Origin: Octopus sinensis
Taxonomy: Eukaryota
DNA length: 32,217 nt
Assembly: GCF_006345805.1 (NCBI RefSeq)
Contig: NW_021832924.1
Span: 1 to 32,217, forward strand
Reading direction: 5' to 3'
The notes under the pieces are model-generated. The model ran no database searches, was not told the DNA's origin, and saw only the letters and a program-made list of their open reading frames with translations. Below, one piece after another: positions 1 through 10,937 of this stretch. The translations under genes and the position numbers were made by a program. Within the stretch, counting starts at the first letter, position 1. Each line of letters opens with the position of its first letter.

Positions 1-139
1 CAAGTTATTTACATTTAACTAAAATACATATTATATTAAGAGCTATCAAATAAACAATTAAAGTTCTATTTAATTATAAATACTTATATAGTGTATAATG
101 AGGAATAAGCTTTAACACATCATCAACACAACAAATACA

Positions 140-334
140 TCCACACACATACAAACACACATATATATTGTATATATACATATTGTATATTATACTATAT
201 ATATATATTATATATATATTATATATATATATATGTGTGGTGTGTGGTGTGTATGTATATATATATATATATATAATATATATATACATAAGTAATATAT
301 ATACATGCACAACACACACACACACAACACACAC

Positions 335-379
<45 letters not shown>

Positions 380-432
380 ATATATATTTGCGAGTGTGTG
401 AGTGTTTGGAGTGTTTCTGTGTGTGTGTGTGT
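140..432. repeat. Compound (TA)n/(CA)n/(TG)n microsatellite
   Basis: Dinucleotide runs are directly visible and account for the I/Y/H/T-rich ORFs at 74-528. Confidence 0.95.
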
Positions 433-1329
433 TTTGGTGTTGTGCGTGTTTAAAAATATATATTTGCTGTACATAAGCAGAAAGAGTCTTGTGTTTCTCT
501 GTTGAGATTGGTTTCTGTTAAAAGACAAATTAACAGAAGCAAGAGATCTTGAATCGGTGTATTAGTTTCATTCGATTCCACTCGGGTCGATAAACTTTCA
601 TTGAATTAACACTTGACCCTTTCCTAGTATTTTGTTACTTTCGAAATGTGGTGCTAACTTTTCAGAAATCGGCTCTAAATAACTGCAGCTGACCCCACTC
701 GACATATCACATTATTTTTAATATCAATGTAATCTTACAATTTGGTATCAAAACTGAAGTCCGTGAAGGCGAGAAGAAAATCTATGACGTCTTTATTGTT
801 TGCCCTCAATAAATTGGGATTTAGAATATCGGAGAGGATATGTAAGTATATTTTCAGTGAGTGTCAGTCTGCGAGCCTCACTTGAAATATTCGGCTCTAT
901 CGGAACATGCAGATGTAGTGATAGAAGAGATAGAGAAATAGCGAGAAAATCGGAGTAGTGCTGGTTCTTCCAGAATATCTAAAACAGAAATGATTTATGG
1001 CTTCTAATAATGCGGACGGTGTGGGTGTGCCGCCAGGGGGAATCCCTTGGGTTTCTTCCCCCCTCCCACTAAATACCACCGGACCAATACATCCCATTTA
1101 GGTTTATCCAACAAACCTAAAATTACCGCTTCATATGGTAAGATATGCATTTCCAGAAGAAGAGTTCTGTTTATGAGATGCTCCTTAATATGATTGGGAT
1201 GGGACTTTTGCAGCACCAACCTGGACATATATACCCAGTACCCCCCAGTAGAGTGCATATATACCTAATATATAGATTCAGCTGTTTTTCAAAATCCAAG
1301 CTTTTCTGGTTCTGAAGGAATCCTAACCT

Positions 1330-1525
1330 TTGCTTTACGTTTCATCGCTTCCTTGGACTACGACCATGCTGGAGCACCACTTTGAAGGGCTCCGTCAAAC
1401 AAATGGACCCGTGTGTATTTCGTTCTAAGTAGGCTACTTATTCTACAGACTCTTTTGCCGAAGCGCTAAGTTACAGGAACGTAAACAAACCAACGTCCGT
1501 TGTCAAGCAGTGGTGAAGACAAACA
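1330..1525 (-). mobile_element. SINE family B copy (tail CCAGCATGGCCGCAGTC...GAAAC type), diverged
   Basis: The reverse complement aligns by eye to 22179-22317 and 19968-20172 (TTAGCG.TTCGGCAAAAGAG..., GGTGCTCCAGCATGG). Confidence 0.75.
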
Positions 1526-1707
1526 CCAAGATACACATACATATTTGCGCGCGCACGCATACATACACACACTTATACGTACATACACACATACGCGCGC
1601 ACGCACACACACACACACACACCACACACACACCACACACACACACACACACACATACACACAACACATATAATATATATATATTATATATATATATATA
1701 TATTTGC

Positions 1708-1863
1708 AATGGGATTCCGCACAGTTTCTGTCTACCAAGTTAACTGACCAGGAATTGGACGTCCCGGACCTTGAGTAGGAAGAACTTACCCAAGGCGACT
1801 CGCAGTGAGATAGAACCAGAAACGATGTGGTTGCAGAAGACGCTTCAAATCCACCCACCCATG
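1708..1863 (-). mobile_element. tRNA-derived CORE-like SINE, family E, diverged
   Basis: CAGTTTCTGTCTACCAAG...AGAACTTACCCAAGG...GAACCAGAAACGATGTGGTTG matches the copy at 20795-20925. Confidence 0.7.
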
Positions 1864-2379
1864 TTTGTTGTGAATAATCGAAAGAAAGTGACTCATGCAG
1901 GTTCGATTCTGACACTGGTTCAAAACAAACAGTTGCTCTGGGACACACAGCCATACAATTTGCCCCAAATTATCTCTCATCTCTCATCTCATAATCATCA
2001 TCATTAGATCAGGTCAGATTTGATAATGCGATCCGATATGCAATATAAATGAAGGAATAGCCATGGTTGGAACGGTTTTCATAATAAGCCTTGCACAATC
2101 AAGAGTTGAATGGAGTCTCGTATCATTTTTACTTCCTTATTTATTGGTGAATCGATCTATTAATCATGTCTCTCCTCATTAATGACAATGCAGGGCGTGT
2201 GGGGGTGGGGCGTGGGTCGGTGTCTGTGGTGTGTGCACGTACACATATGCACACACACACACACCACACACACACATCTCAAAAAATACAAACGTTGCCA
2301 TTACCATTAAGAACAATAATATTTTGGGTGGAACAATTTAATTTTCATCAGTGAAAAATTACTTTCTTCCCCGCTCGCT

Positions 2380-2743
2380 CTCTCCACCACTCTCTCCATC
2401 CCTCTCCCTCTCTCCCTCTCTCTCTCCTCTCTCTCTTTCTCTCTCTCTCTCTCTTTCTGTCTATTTCTCTCCCTTCACTCTTTCTCTCTCCCATTTGCCG
2501 ATTTTTCCCCTTCACATTCTCCTTCATTTTCTTGAGTCTCTCTCTCTCTCTCTCTCTCTCACTCTCTCTCTCTCTCTTCTCACTCTCTTCTCTCTCTCAT
2601 TCATTCTCTCTCTCTCTTCCTCTTTCTCTCTCTCTATCTCTCTCTCTTCTGTCTTCCTCTCTCTCTCTCTCACATTCATTCTCTCTCTCTACCTCTTTCT
2701 CTCTTTCTCTCTCTTTCTCTCTCTCTCTCCTCTCACTCTCTCA

Positions 2744-2819
<76 letters not shown>

Positions 2820-2880
2820 CTCTCTGCTTTTCTTTCGTCTCCATCTCTTTATGTCTCTCACTGACTCACATCTCTCTTCA
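2380..2880. repeat. Imperfect (CT)n homopyrimidine tract, about 500 bp
   Basis: Directly visible; explains the S/L-rich ORFs at 2351-2953. Confidence 0.95.
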
Positions 2881-3194
2881 ATTATTTTCAATTTTTCAAG
2901 CAGAAATCTACGAACAATTTCGGCAACTAATAAGGCAATCAATCAATGAATAAATAATAAAATATATACACGATACAAATAATATAAAAAACAACAATGA
3001 TGAACGCAATGTTGGTCGTGGTTTTGATTTATTTATCTCATTATCATTTATTACGTTTTATAAAAAAAAAATATGGAATTAGATCAACAAGAAAAACGAA
3101 AATAAAAACAAAAACATTGAGAGGAAAAAGGTGAAGATAATATTTTTAGAATTTGGTAAGCATTGACCAACAGATTATCAGAATTAGAACAGAA

Positions 3195-3310
3195 CATAGA
3201 GTACATTGGCAACAAGTATCTTTTTCGTCCTGAGTTCAAATCCCGTCGAGGTTGACTTTGTATTTCACGCTTCCAAGATGGATAATTTAAATACCAGTAA
3301 TATTTTGCTG
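3195..3310 (+). mobile_element. SINE family A fragment (B box plus central domain)
   Basis: CTGAGTTCAAATCCCGTCGAGGTTGACTTTG...GATAATTTAAATACCAG resembles the reverse complement of 31981-32217. Confidence 0.6.
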
Positions 3311-3409
3311 CCCGGTTAAATCTCTTGTGCCCTACTTAAAGATGTATGACCATTCGTCGCCAATATTTGAAATCAATTTTAAGAAAATTGCTTGTATTTA
3401 GTTACCTCT

Positions 3410-3535
3410 CTGTCCATTCTGAGTTCAAACCAAACGAGGTCGATGAAATACAGTATCAGTCAAGTACGGGATAAATATAATTGGTATATCTTCCCCCCTA
3501 AACTATGTAGCTTTGAGGCTATGCTACTAAATCAA
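3410..3535 (+). mobile_element. SINE family A-related fragment with an internal deletion
   Basis: TTCTGAGTTCAAAC..CGAGGTCGATGAAATA..GTATCAGT; the segment between the two GGTCGA motifs of intact copies is missing. Confidence 0.55.
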
Positions 3536-3984
3536 TGTTGATCTACTTGGGTGAGCAATTATCGCGCAAAGTTTAAAGTACTTTTTTTTTATAATTCTAT
3601 TCCTGGTATGGTTTCGATTCCATCAGTGAAAATCTATTACTTTAATTAATACCTTTACTGAAAACTAAACACTTTAACAAACATCTTTCTTTTTTTTTAC
3701 TTTTTTTTTACTCTCGTCTGGAAATACATAATTATTTGTTTCGACTTTCTGTTCTGAAATCTGGAGTAAACTGAGAGAAACGGTAAGATTCCGTTGAGAC
3801 AAAACTACTACGCCGTTTCGAATCGGCTTGGGAGCCAATCACGTGCTGTATTTTGGGATAACTTAGAAAACCACCAGGCATCAGACGAATGGTTTAGACA
3901 TCACAGCCCCTACTCTACCTTCATTATCGCTTTCCCTGTCCGTTTAGTGCTATCCTATATCTTGCAACAACGAAGATGTTTATT

Positions 3985-4150
3985 GCGATCGCTGGCCCTG
4001 CCGCAAATGGCTGCCAAATCGCTGTGAAATCACTCTCTACTGTCTTAAAGAAATAATACTCATTGTTGATATGGGATGGTCACGAATGGAACACTCGATT
4101 GTGGGTGTGATCGATCGGAGTTGGCTTGGTGCTAAACAACAACAGCAGCA
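3985..4150 (+). mobile_element. Diverged SINE-like repeat, family D, ending in an (AAC)n tail
   Basis: GCTGCCAAATC..AAATCAC..CTACTGTCTTAAA...GGGATGGTCACG..GGAAC...GCTAAACAACAAC; a loosely similar fragment lies at 28780-28835 on the - strand. The family is recalled from memory of octopus repeats. Confidence 0.45.
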
Positions 4151-4287
4151 GCGACGGCGGCAGTAGCAGCAGCTGCAGGGTACCAGCTAAAAGAAATCAC
4201 TCGTTAAATTGATCAATTGGTATTTGGAAGTTATGAAGGGAAAGGAACTCGTTGCTGTCTCTATCGCTATCGTTGCTGTTCTTGTGG

Positions 4288-4289
<2 letters not shown>

Positions 4290-4332
<43 letters not shown>

Positions 4333-5327
4333 TATTATTATTATTCAGTAGTTTTATTTTTATAGCGTGCTTTCACTTCACTACCGAGCGCAGCTCTGTG
4401 TGCCTTGGGTATGTGCTGTGATTTGTTGTGATGCTCTGATGGTTATTGTATGGAAAGTGTTCAGCGTAAGATGTGTGCAGTGCCTAGTAGTGCAATTTTC
4501 TGTATGTTATATGTGTTTGTAAGTCCTGATGTTTTTGTTATGTATTTGTCTGAATATTTTTTTATCATGCCTAATGCACCTACTATGATAGGAATTGTTT
4601 CTGTTTTTAGATTCCACATTCTGGTTACCTCTATTTCCAGGTCTTTGTATTTTGAAAGTTTCTCTTTTTCTTTTAGAGACACGTTGTCATCTGCTGGTAT
4701 TGATACATCAATTAGAAAGCATTTTTTTTCTTCATGATCTCTGACAAATATATCTGGTCTGTTGGCCTTAATTTCTCTATCTGTGTGTATCGGCATATCC
4801 CAGAGTATGGTTGCTTTCTCGTTTTCTGTGACCTTTTCTGGTGTGTGCCTATACCATCTTTTTTCTGTTGTTATTCCATAATGTTGGCATAGCTTCCAGT
4901 ATATGTAGGTTCCAACTCTGTCATGTCTGTGAATATATTCCTTCTTAGCCAGGACTGGGCAGCCAGAGATAATATAATTTATTGTTTCTTGTCCATTTCC
5001 ACATATTCTGCAGTTACTTGTTATATTTCTTTTCATTACATGTTTTTGGTAATTTCTGGTGGGGAGGCTTTGGTCTTGTGCTGCAATTAAAAATCCCTCT
5101 GTCTCTGCTTTGAGTCCTGAGCTTCTCAACCATTGCTGGGATTTTTCTTTGTCTATTTCTTTTGCATTTAGTTTAGTCCAGTATTTACCATGAAGAGGCT
5201 TTTCTTGCCATCGTTTTATCATGGTTCTTTGCTGTTCTAGTTTTAGTTTGGATTTCATTTGTTTTATAGCTTTTGTTGTTTCTTCATCTTCTTCTTCTTC
5301 ATATTTATTAGGTGATATGATTTCTTG

Positions 5328-5328
<1 letters not shown>
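4290..5328 (-). mobile_element. R4/Dong-like non-LTR retrotransposon, copy 1: 5'-truncated, with 3' UTR and (TAA)n tail
   Basis: The translation shows LHG..W, ETEGFLIAAQDQ, CRICG..ETIN(Y)IISGC zinc knuckle, RHD, NRPDI..D..K..KY restriction-like endonuclease and IIVGALG. The 3' UTR starts at 4346 and the TAA array spans 4290-4345. Confidence 0.9.
4461..5328 (-). pseudogene. Stop-free C-terminal ORF remnant (zinc knuckle plus RLE endonuclease) of Dong-like copy 1
   Basis: This is the element-derived part of ORF 4461-5402. It lacks the RT domain, and the zinc-knuckle His reads Tyr (ETINY versus H in copies 2 and 3). Confidence 0.85.
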
Positions 5329-5381
<53 letters not shown>

Positions 5382-7160
5382 TAGTAGTCTTATTGTTATC
5401 ACGTGCTTTCACTTCACTACCGAGCGCAGCTCTGTGTGCCTTGGGTATGTGCTGTGGTTTGTTGTGATGCTCTCATTTTTACTGTATTGAAAATAGCGTT
5501 TTATATAGGATGTGTGCGGTGCCTAGTGGTGCTATTTTCTCTATGTTATATATACTTGTAAGTCCTGATGTTTTTGTTATGTATTTATTTTTCTGAACAT
5601 TTTTTTAGCATACCTAAAGCGCCTACTATGATAGAAATTGTTTCTGTTTTTAGGCTCCACGTTCGAGTTACCTGTATTTCCAGATCATTGCATTTTGAAA
5701 GTTTCTCCATTTCTTTTAGAGAAACGTTGTCATCTGTTGGTATTGACAGATCGATTAGAAAGCATTTTTATTTCCTCGTGATCTCTGACAAATATATCCG
5801 GCATATTAGCCTTGATTTCTCTATCTGTTTGTATTGGCATATCCCTTAGTATGATTGCTTTCTCATTTTCTGTGACCTCTTCTGGTGTGTGCCTATACCA
5901 TCTTTTTTCTGTTGTTATTCCATAGTGTTCGTACAGCGTCCAGTGTATGTCGGTCCCAATCCTGTCATGTCTGTGAATATATTCTTTCTTATCCAGGATT
6001 GGGCAGACAGAGACCATATGATTTATTGTTTCTTCTCCATCACCACATATTCTGCAGTTACTTGTATTTCTTTTCTTTACATGTTTTTGGTGATTTCTGG
6101 TGCGAAGGCTTTGATCTTGTGCTGTAATTAAAAATCCTTCAGTCTCTGCTTTGAGTCCTCAGCTTCTCAACCATTGTTGGGATTTTGCTTTATCTATTTT
6201 CTTTTTCTGTTCAGTTTAACCCAGTATTTGCCATGACGGGGATGGATTTTCTTGCCATCATCTTATCATGATCCATTGCTGTTCCAGTTTTAGTTTGAAT
6301 TTCAGTTGTTTTACAGCTTTTGTTGTTTCTTCTTTTTCTTCATAGTTGTTAGGTACTAATGACTTTTTTTTGTATTTGTCAGCTTCCTTAAAGACAGAAA
6401 ACAGTTTTTTTGTTTTGTGGCTATTTGTATTGGTTTTCCCCGCTTCTGAAGTGTTTTTGTTGTGCTATGGTGGTTGTTTTGTAATAGTTTTCTAGCTGTA
6501 TAAGGTGTCTACCACCTTCGACATCTTGTATACATAGCTTTTCTATGGCATATTTTGGTGGCGCATCCTAAATCCTATCATTAATTTTCTTGTTTCCCTG
6601 TCTATTTTCATTAGTTTAGAATCCAGCTCAGAATATTGTAGCTGTAACTTATAACTGAGACGGCTAGAGTGTTGATATCTATTATCTTGTTTTCGCATTG
6701 AGCTCTGTTTTCAGTATTAATCTAACACGTCTATAGTATTCTTTCTTATTTTCTCTTTCATTTGTGTGTGTTGTAACGTATCTAGTTCATTGATTCCTAA
6801 GTATTTGTAGGCCTCGCTTTGGTCTAATTCTCTTATTTCATTTACTGTATCTAGTGTGATGTCGCTACTCCTAACTAGCTTTCCTCTTCTGCTTTGGCAC
6901 ACTTTTCTAAGCCAAATTCCATGTTTATTTCTTTGGTAAATCCATGATCTATCTGTAGTAATGTTTCCAGCTGTTTATCATTTGTAGCGTAGTTTTAGAC
7001 CATCTGTATACAAGTGATGGTTGATTGTTTTGCCGTAACAGTTGTATCCACATCCAGTTCTGTTTAGCAAGACAGATAAAGGTGTCAGTGTCAAGCAAAA
7101 AAGGAGTGGCGAGAGTATGTTTAGAGAGTGTCTGACGAGGAGCCACTCCACGCTTGCCAA
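5329..7160 (-). mobile_element. R4/Dong-like non-LTR retrotransposon, copy 2: older, frameshifted, includes the 3' part of the RT
   Basis: LSPLLFCLTLTPLS, HHLYTDGLKL (decayed YMDD), YKYLG, INTLAV, EGGR(H)L, RHD and NMPDI motifs occur across frames. The 3' UTR starts at 5383 and the TAA array spans 5329-5382. Confidence 0.88.
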
Positions 7161-7877
7161 CCATGGATAAATTGATACAGCTCTTATGGAAGTTATCACT
7201 CGTAGTCATTTATGTGTGACGGGTCCAAAACGGTGTGGTTGGCACAACATCAGTAAGTTTAAGGGAGAGATTAAATTGACCCCAGCGGATGTAGGATGGA
7301 CTGAGGTAACAGAAAATGAACTCCTTTATGATATTTGGTCTGAATAGAATTGCACATACTCCCTTGTTACCTTCGCTATACTGAAATGCAATATACTAGT
7401 GATCGTCAAGTAAACCTATAAATAACGACGTTATTGTTCACTATTTATGATATGAGATAAATAACAAGATAAATAAATAAATGAATAATGGGTAAAATCG
7501 TTACTTGTGTAGGCAGCTAGATTATAGGAAGGTGTTGGTTGCCAATTTTGAAATGTTGGATTTTACGTAGATTGAGTTGTATCGATTGATTTACACCGTT
7601 ACAGCTTCAATCTGTCAGGAAGAATGTCAAAATATGCGAAACATCTCAGAATTTCAGCTTTTATCCCGTCTTAATGATTGTCCGCCGGAATAAGCTTTGT
7701 CACTAAAATCACTCAGTGTCCGACTGCTGTCTTGTTAAATGGAAATGGAAATCTACGATAAGGAAAAATATGCAATACGTGCATGTGTGTCAGTGTAACA
7801 TGCGGACAGACAGGCTTCCATAGATTCGTACGTTAAGGTAAGCACACGTATTACACGAATATAAATCGCACACTCAT

Positions 7878-8165
7878 GCTGATGGTTTACTTATGTATTT
7901 GTCAGAATGTTTTTTAATTACACCTAATGCACCTATTACTCTAAGGATTGTTTCCGTTTTTAGGATCCACATTCGGATTATCTCTATTTCCAGATCTTCG
8001 TATTTTATGGGTCTCTCTGTTTCTTTTAGAAATACATTGTCATTTGTTAATATTGATACATCGATCTCTGACAACTATATCCGGCAATTAGCCTTGATTT
8101 CTCTATCTGGGCAGCCAGAGACAATATGATTTATTGTTTCTTTCCCATCACCACATATTCTGCAC
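7878..8165 (-). mobile_element. R4/Dong-like copy 3: internal fragment with two deletions
   Basis: CRICGDGKETINHIVSGCP is joined directly to DREIKAN, followed by IDVS..KYEDLEIE..MW..VIGALG. Collinear with copies 1 and 2. Confidence 0.85.

Positions 8166-8200
<35 letters not shown>
8166..8200. repeat. (TTG)n microsatellite abutting the 5' end of LINE copy 3
   Basis: Directly visible. Confidence 0.95.
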
Positions 8201-8879
8201 AGTCTTAACATTGTAAAGATGGTGTTGTTGTAACTGACGCTTGATATGCCAACAGAACCGAACAGAAATTGCTTTTCAGTCGCCACATTAATAAAATTAC
8301 TGAAGTGTAAAAGATGAAGCAATGAAACTAGGAAACGCTTGTAAGTGATTCCTCCAGAAATAATTGCCACACAGTCTAAATGGACGTTCCATCGCTGGCT
8401 TGATACAGAATCTTTCCTTTTGCTCATACTTGGCTTCCGGTTGAATTCAAAATGGAGTCTCAGCTACCAATGATACCGGTCGACTTGTGATTAAGCATTT
8501 TGTTCAGAAATAAAGGGGGGAAAGTGTAAAAACTACAAGAAAAATAATTGATGGTGTACATGTGTAGGGGGGTGCAAAAAGGAGATAGAAAGTGTATGCT
8601 TATGTGAGCGAGAGAAAAAAAGGGTATCTTTATGTGTGTGTGTGTGTGTACGTATATGTGCATGAGAGAGAAAAAGAGACAAAAAGTTTGTTCACACACA
8701 CCCCCGCCGAGTGTGTGTGTGTCTGTGCGTGTGTTTGTGTAAGTGTGTGTGTGCGTGTTTGAGAGAGAGAGAAATAATTTTGAAAGAAAACATGTATTAA
8801 ATTTTTAAGAACAAGTTAACGAAAAGAATGAGATGTAGAGAGAGAGTGAGCGAAAGGGAGAGAGAGTGAGAAGTGGAGG

Positions 8880-9103
8880 AAAGAAGAAGAAGAAGAAGAA
8901 GAAGAAGGAGGAGGAGGAGGAGGAGGAGGAGGAGGAGGAGGAGGAGGAGGAGGAGGAGAAGAAGAAGAAGAAGAAGAAGAAGAAGAAGAAGAAGGAGGAG
9001 GAGGAGGAGGAGAAGAATAAGAAGAAGAAGAAGAAGGAGGAGGAGGAGGAGAAGAAGAAGAAGAAGAAGAAGAAGAAGAAGAAGAAGAAGAAGAAGAGGG
9101 GGA

Positions 9104-9135
<32 letters not shown>
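8880..9135. repeat. Compound (GAA)n/(GGA)n homopurine array followed by (GAT)n
   Basis: Directly visible; explains the poly-K/E/R/F/S/P ORFs at 8805-9241. Confidence 0.97.
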
Positions 9136-9136
<1 letters not shown>

Positions 9137-9249
9137 ATGCATCGGAGATAGGAGCATTATACAAGCCACATATGTGAATGTTTCATTAGATTGAAAATAC
9201 GTACACATATACATAAATACATCTCTGCCGCAAGGTATCATCAGATGAC

Positions 9250-10250
9250 AGGATGAATCTATATGATTGGAAGACTATGAATGGATATGTTAGTAGAAAG
9301 CTCCGTGATGATAGTAACATTGATCATCAAAGCAACCAATCGTGGACCAAGAGCCGTTTTACTACCTCCCATCTTTGAAGGGTATGCATCAGCAATCCAG
9401 GAATTGGAAATATCAATCAAATACCTGGTGCACAAAAGGGGAAAGCAGTAAAATCTGACAACCGATGCAGACTTTGTGGCGTTAACACCGAAGATATCAT
9501 GCACAACATAAGCAGTTGTCCGAAAATGTCAAATGTCATCCCGGTATTATCTACCGATGACACATGATATTGTAGCTAGGACACTCGATAATGAAATCCG
9601 TCGGAAGCATAATTCCGAGGACAAAGAAATAAGAACCCATAGTATGGTAGAAGCCATAGTCATTCGTAATGAAAAGGACTAGTGGTGGATTGTCCCAGTG
9701 AAGACCTCAAGAAAAGGTAAGCTCAACAGACCTGATCAAATGGTTTGGGTTTGAGAAGAGAAACGGTGCAGAGTCGTGGAAATTAGATGCCCATCGGATA
9801 TTAACATAAAGATCATTGGAAAAGGGAACACCTACTCCGAATTATTGAGAAATTTGCTGTTGCTCTATTCGGATTACAAGTTCAGATTTATACCTGCAAT
9901 TATTGGGGCCCCGGAATATGTAACACTGTTTAAATACCAATATTGAGAAATTAGGCTTCTCAAAAGCAGAAAGAAGAAAGCTAATTCGAAGGCTACAGAT
10001 CCAATCCAACACTGGAACTGTAAAAATCTGTAAAACTTTCCAGAGGCTTATCATTTAACTATATATGAGCATGTCTAGATATGCAACTATATGCATGAGA
10101 ATACATACATAGAACATACAATTCTGCACATGTATATATACATACATACTAAAATACCTTGTTGATGTTGAAATTCCAATGAAGGAGCCTTGAATCTAGG
10201 CTCTTTCTCTATTGACAAGAAATCTTGAAATAAAACTGAATAATGACATA
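9250..10250 (+). mobile_element. Second RLE-type non-LTR retrotransposon family (R4-like): 3' portion with 3' UTR, pseudogenised
   Basis: Manual translation across frameshifts gives SHFEGYASAIQE, CRLCGVNTEDIMHNISSCPKMS, (R>T)HDIVA, WW.VPVKTS, NRPD, VVEIRCPSDINI, FIPAIIGA and LQIQS..GTVKICKTF. The UTR ends ...GAAATAAAACTGAATAATGACATAC. Confidence 0.85.
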
Positions 10251-10419
10251 CACACATGCATATATATGTAGGCATGTATGCATTTGTGTATATGCGTATA
10301 TATGTATATATTTATCGATCGTTTTGTTTTTGATGATTTGAATTCTTTTCAAAATGATGATGATCTCTAACAAAGAAACACACCTCCATCCCTGGAAGTG
10401 AAATAAGTACAACGGTGAA

Positions 10420-10936
10420 GAGTTTAAAAAGCCTTGCATATTTTAACTCTTGCTTTGCAGATTGTATTTGCAAATGGCTGCCAGCTGGTCCCTTTACCTT
10501 TCTGAAACGCACGACTTTTTCAATATTTCTACCCACTGACTTTGCCAAAATCAGCAGAATTTCATTTATAAATATGAATCTATATTGTGATTGGCGACTC
10601 TATGCGTTTAGAGGCAGATCCCGTAAATATTCTTTTTGTTGCTGGTGTGAGCAATGTTTACATATATAACGCAGCTGACATCTTTGTTGTTCTTTTCTGT
10701 CCTGGAAATAAATCCGACCTTTTATATTTATATTTGGCAGAAGTTTTCTTGGGAATGTTCCAGAAATATTCTCATGTTGAAATGCATATATCCAACAACG
10801 GAAATATATTTAGGATTCTATGCGAACAGCATTGTATATTGTTTTAGCAGCATGCTCACGTTTCATTAGAAGGTTGTGTTTTAATGATATTTTGGGGCTA
10901 TAATCGTATGTGTAAAATCTTCTACAGAAATGTGAT
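10420..10936 (-). mobile_element. Highly decayed RLE-LINE remnant related to the 9250-10250 family
   Basis: Collinear - strand motifs across frames: VEDFTH, PKIS..LMKREHAAKTIYNAVR, EYFWNIPKKTS..KRSDL, DVSC..VNI..KKNIY, YRFI, NIEK, LQIQS, VKICKAF*. Confidence 0.65.
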
Positions 10937-10937
10937 A

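Noticed and set aside
8100-8115. 174-bp deletion in LINE copy 3 as a spliced-out intron
   Set aside because: No placement of the junction gives GT...AG on either strand; CTG microhomology explains it better.
8805-9241. Poly-K/E/R/P/F ORFs
   Set aside because: They are translations of the GAA/GGA array.
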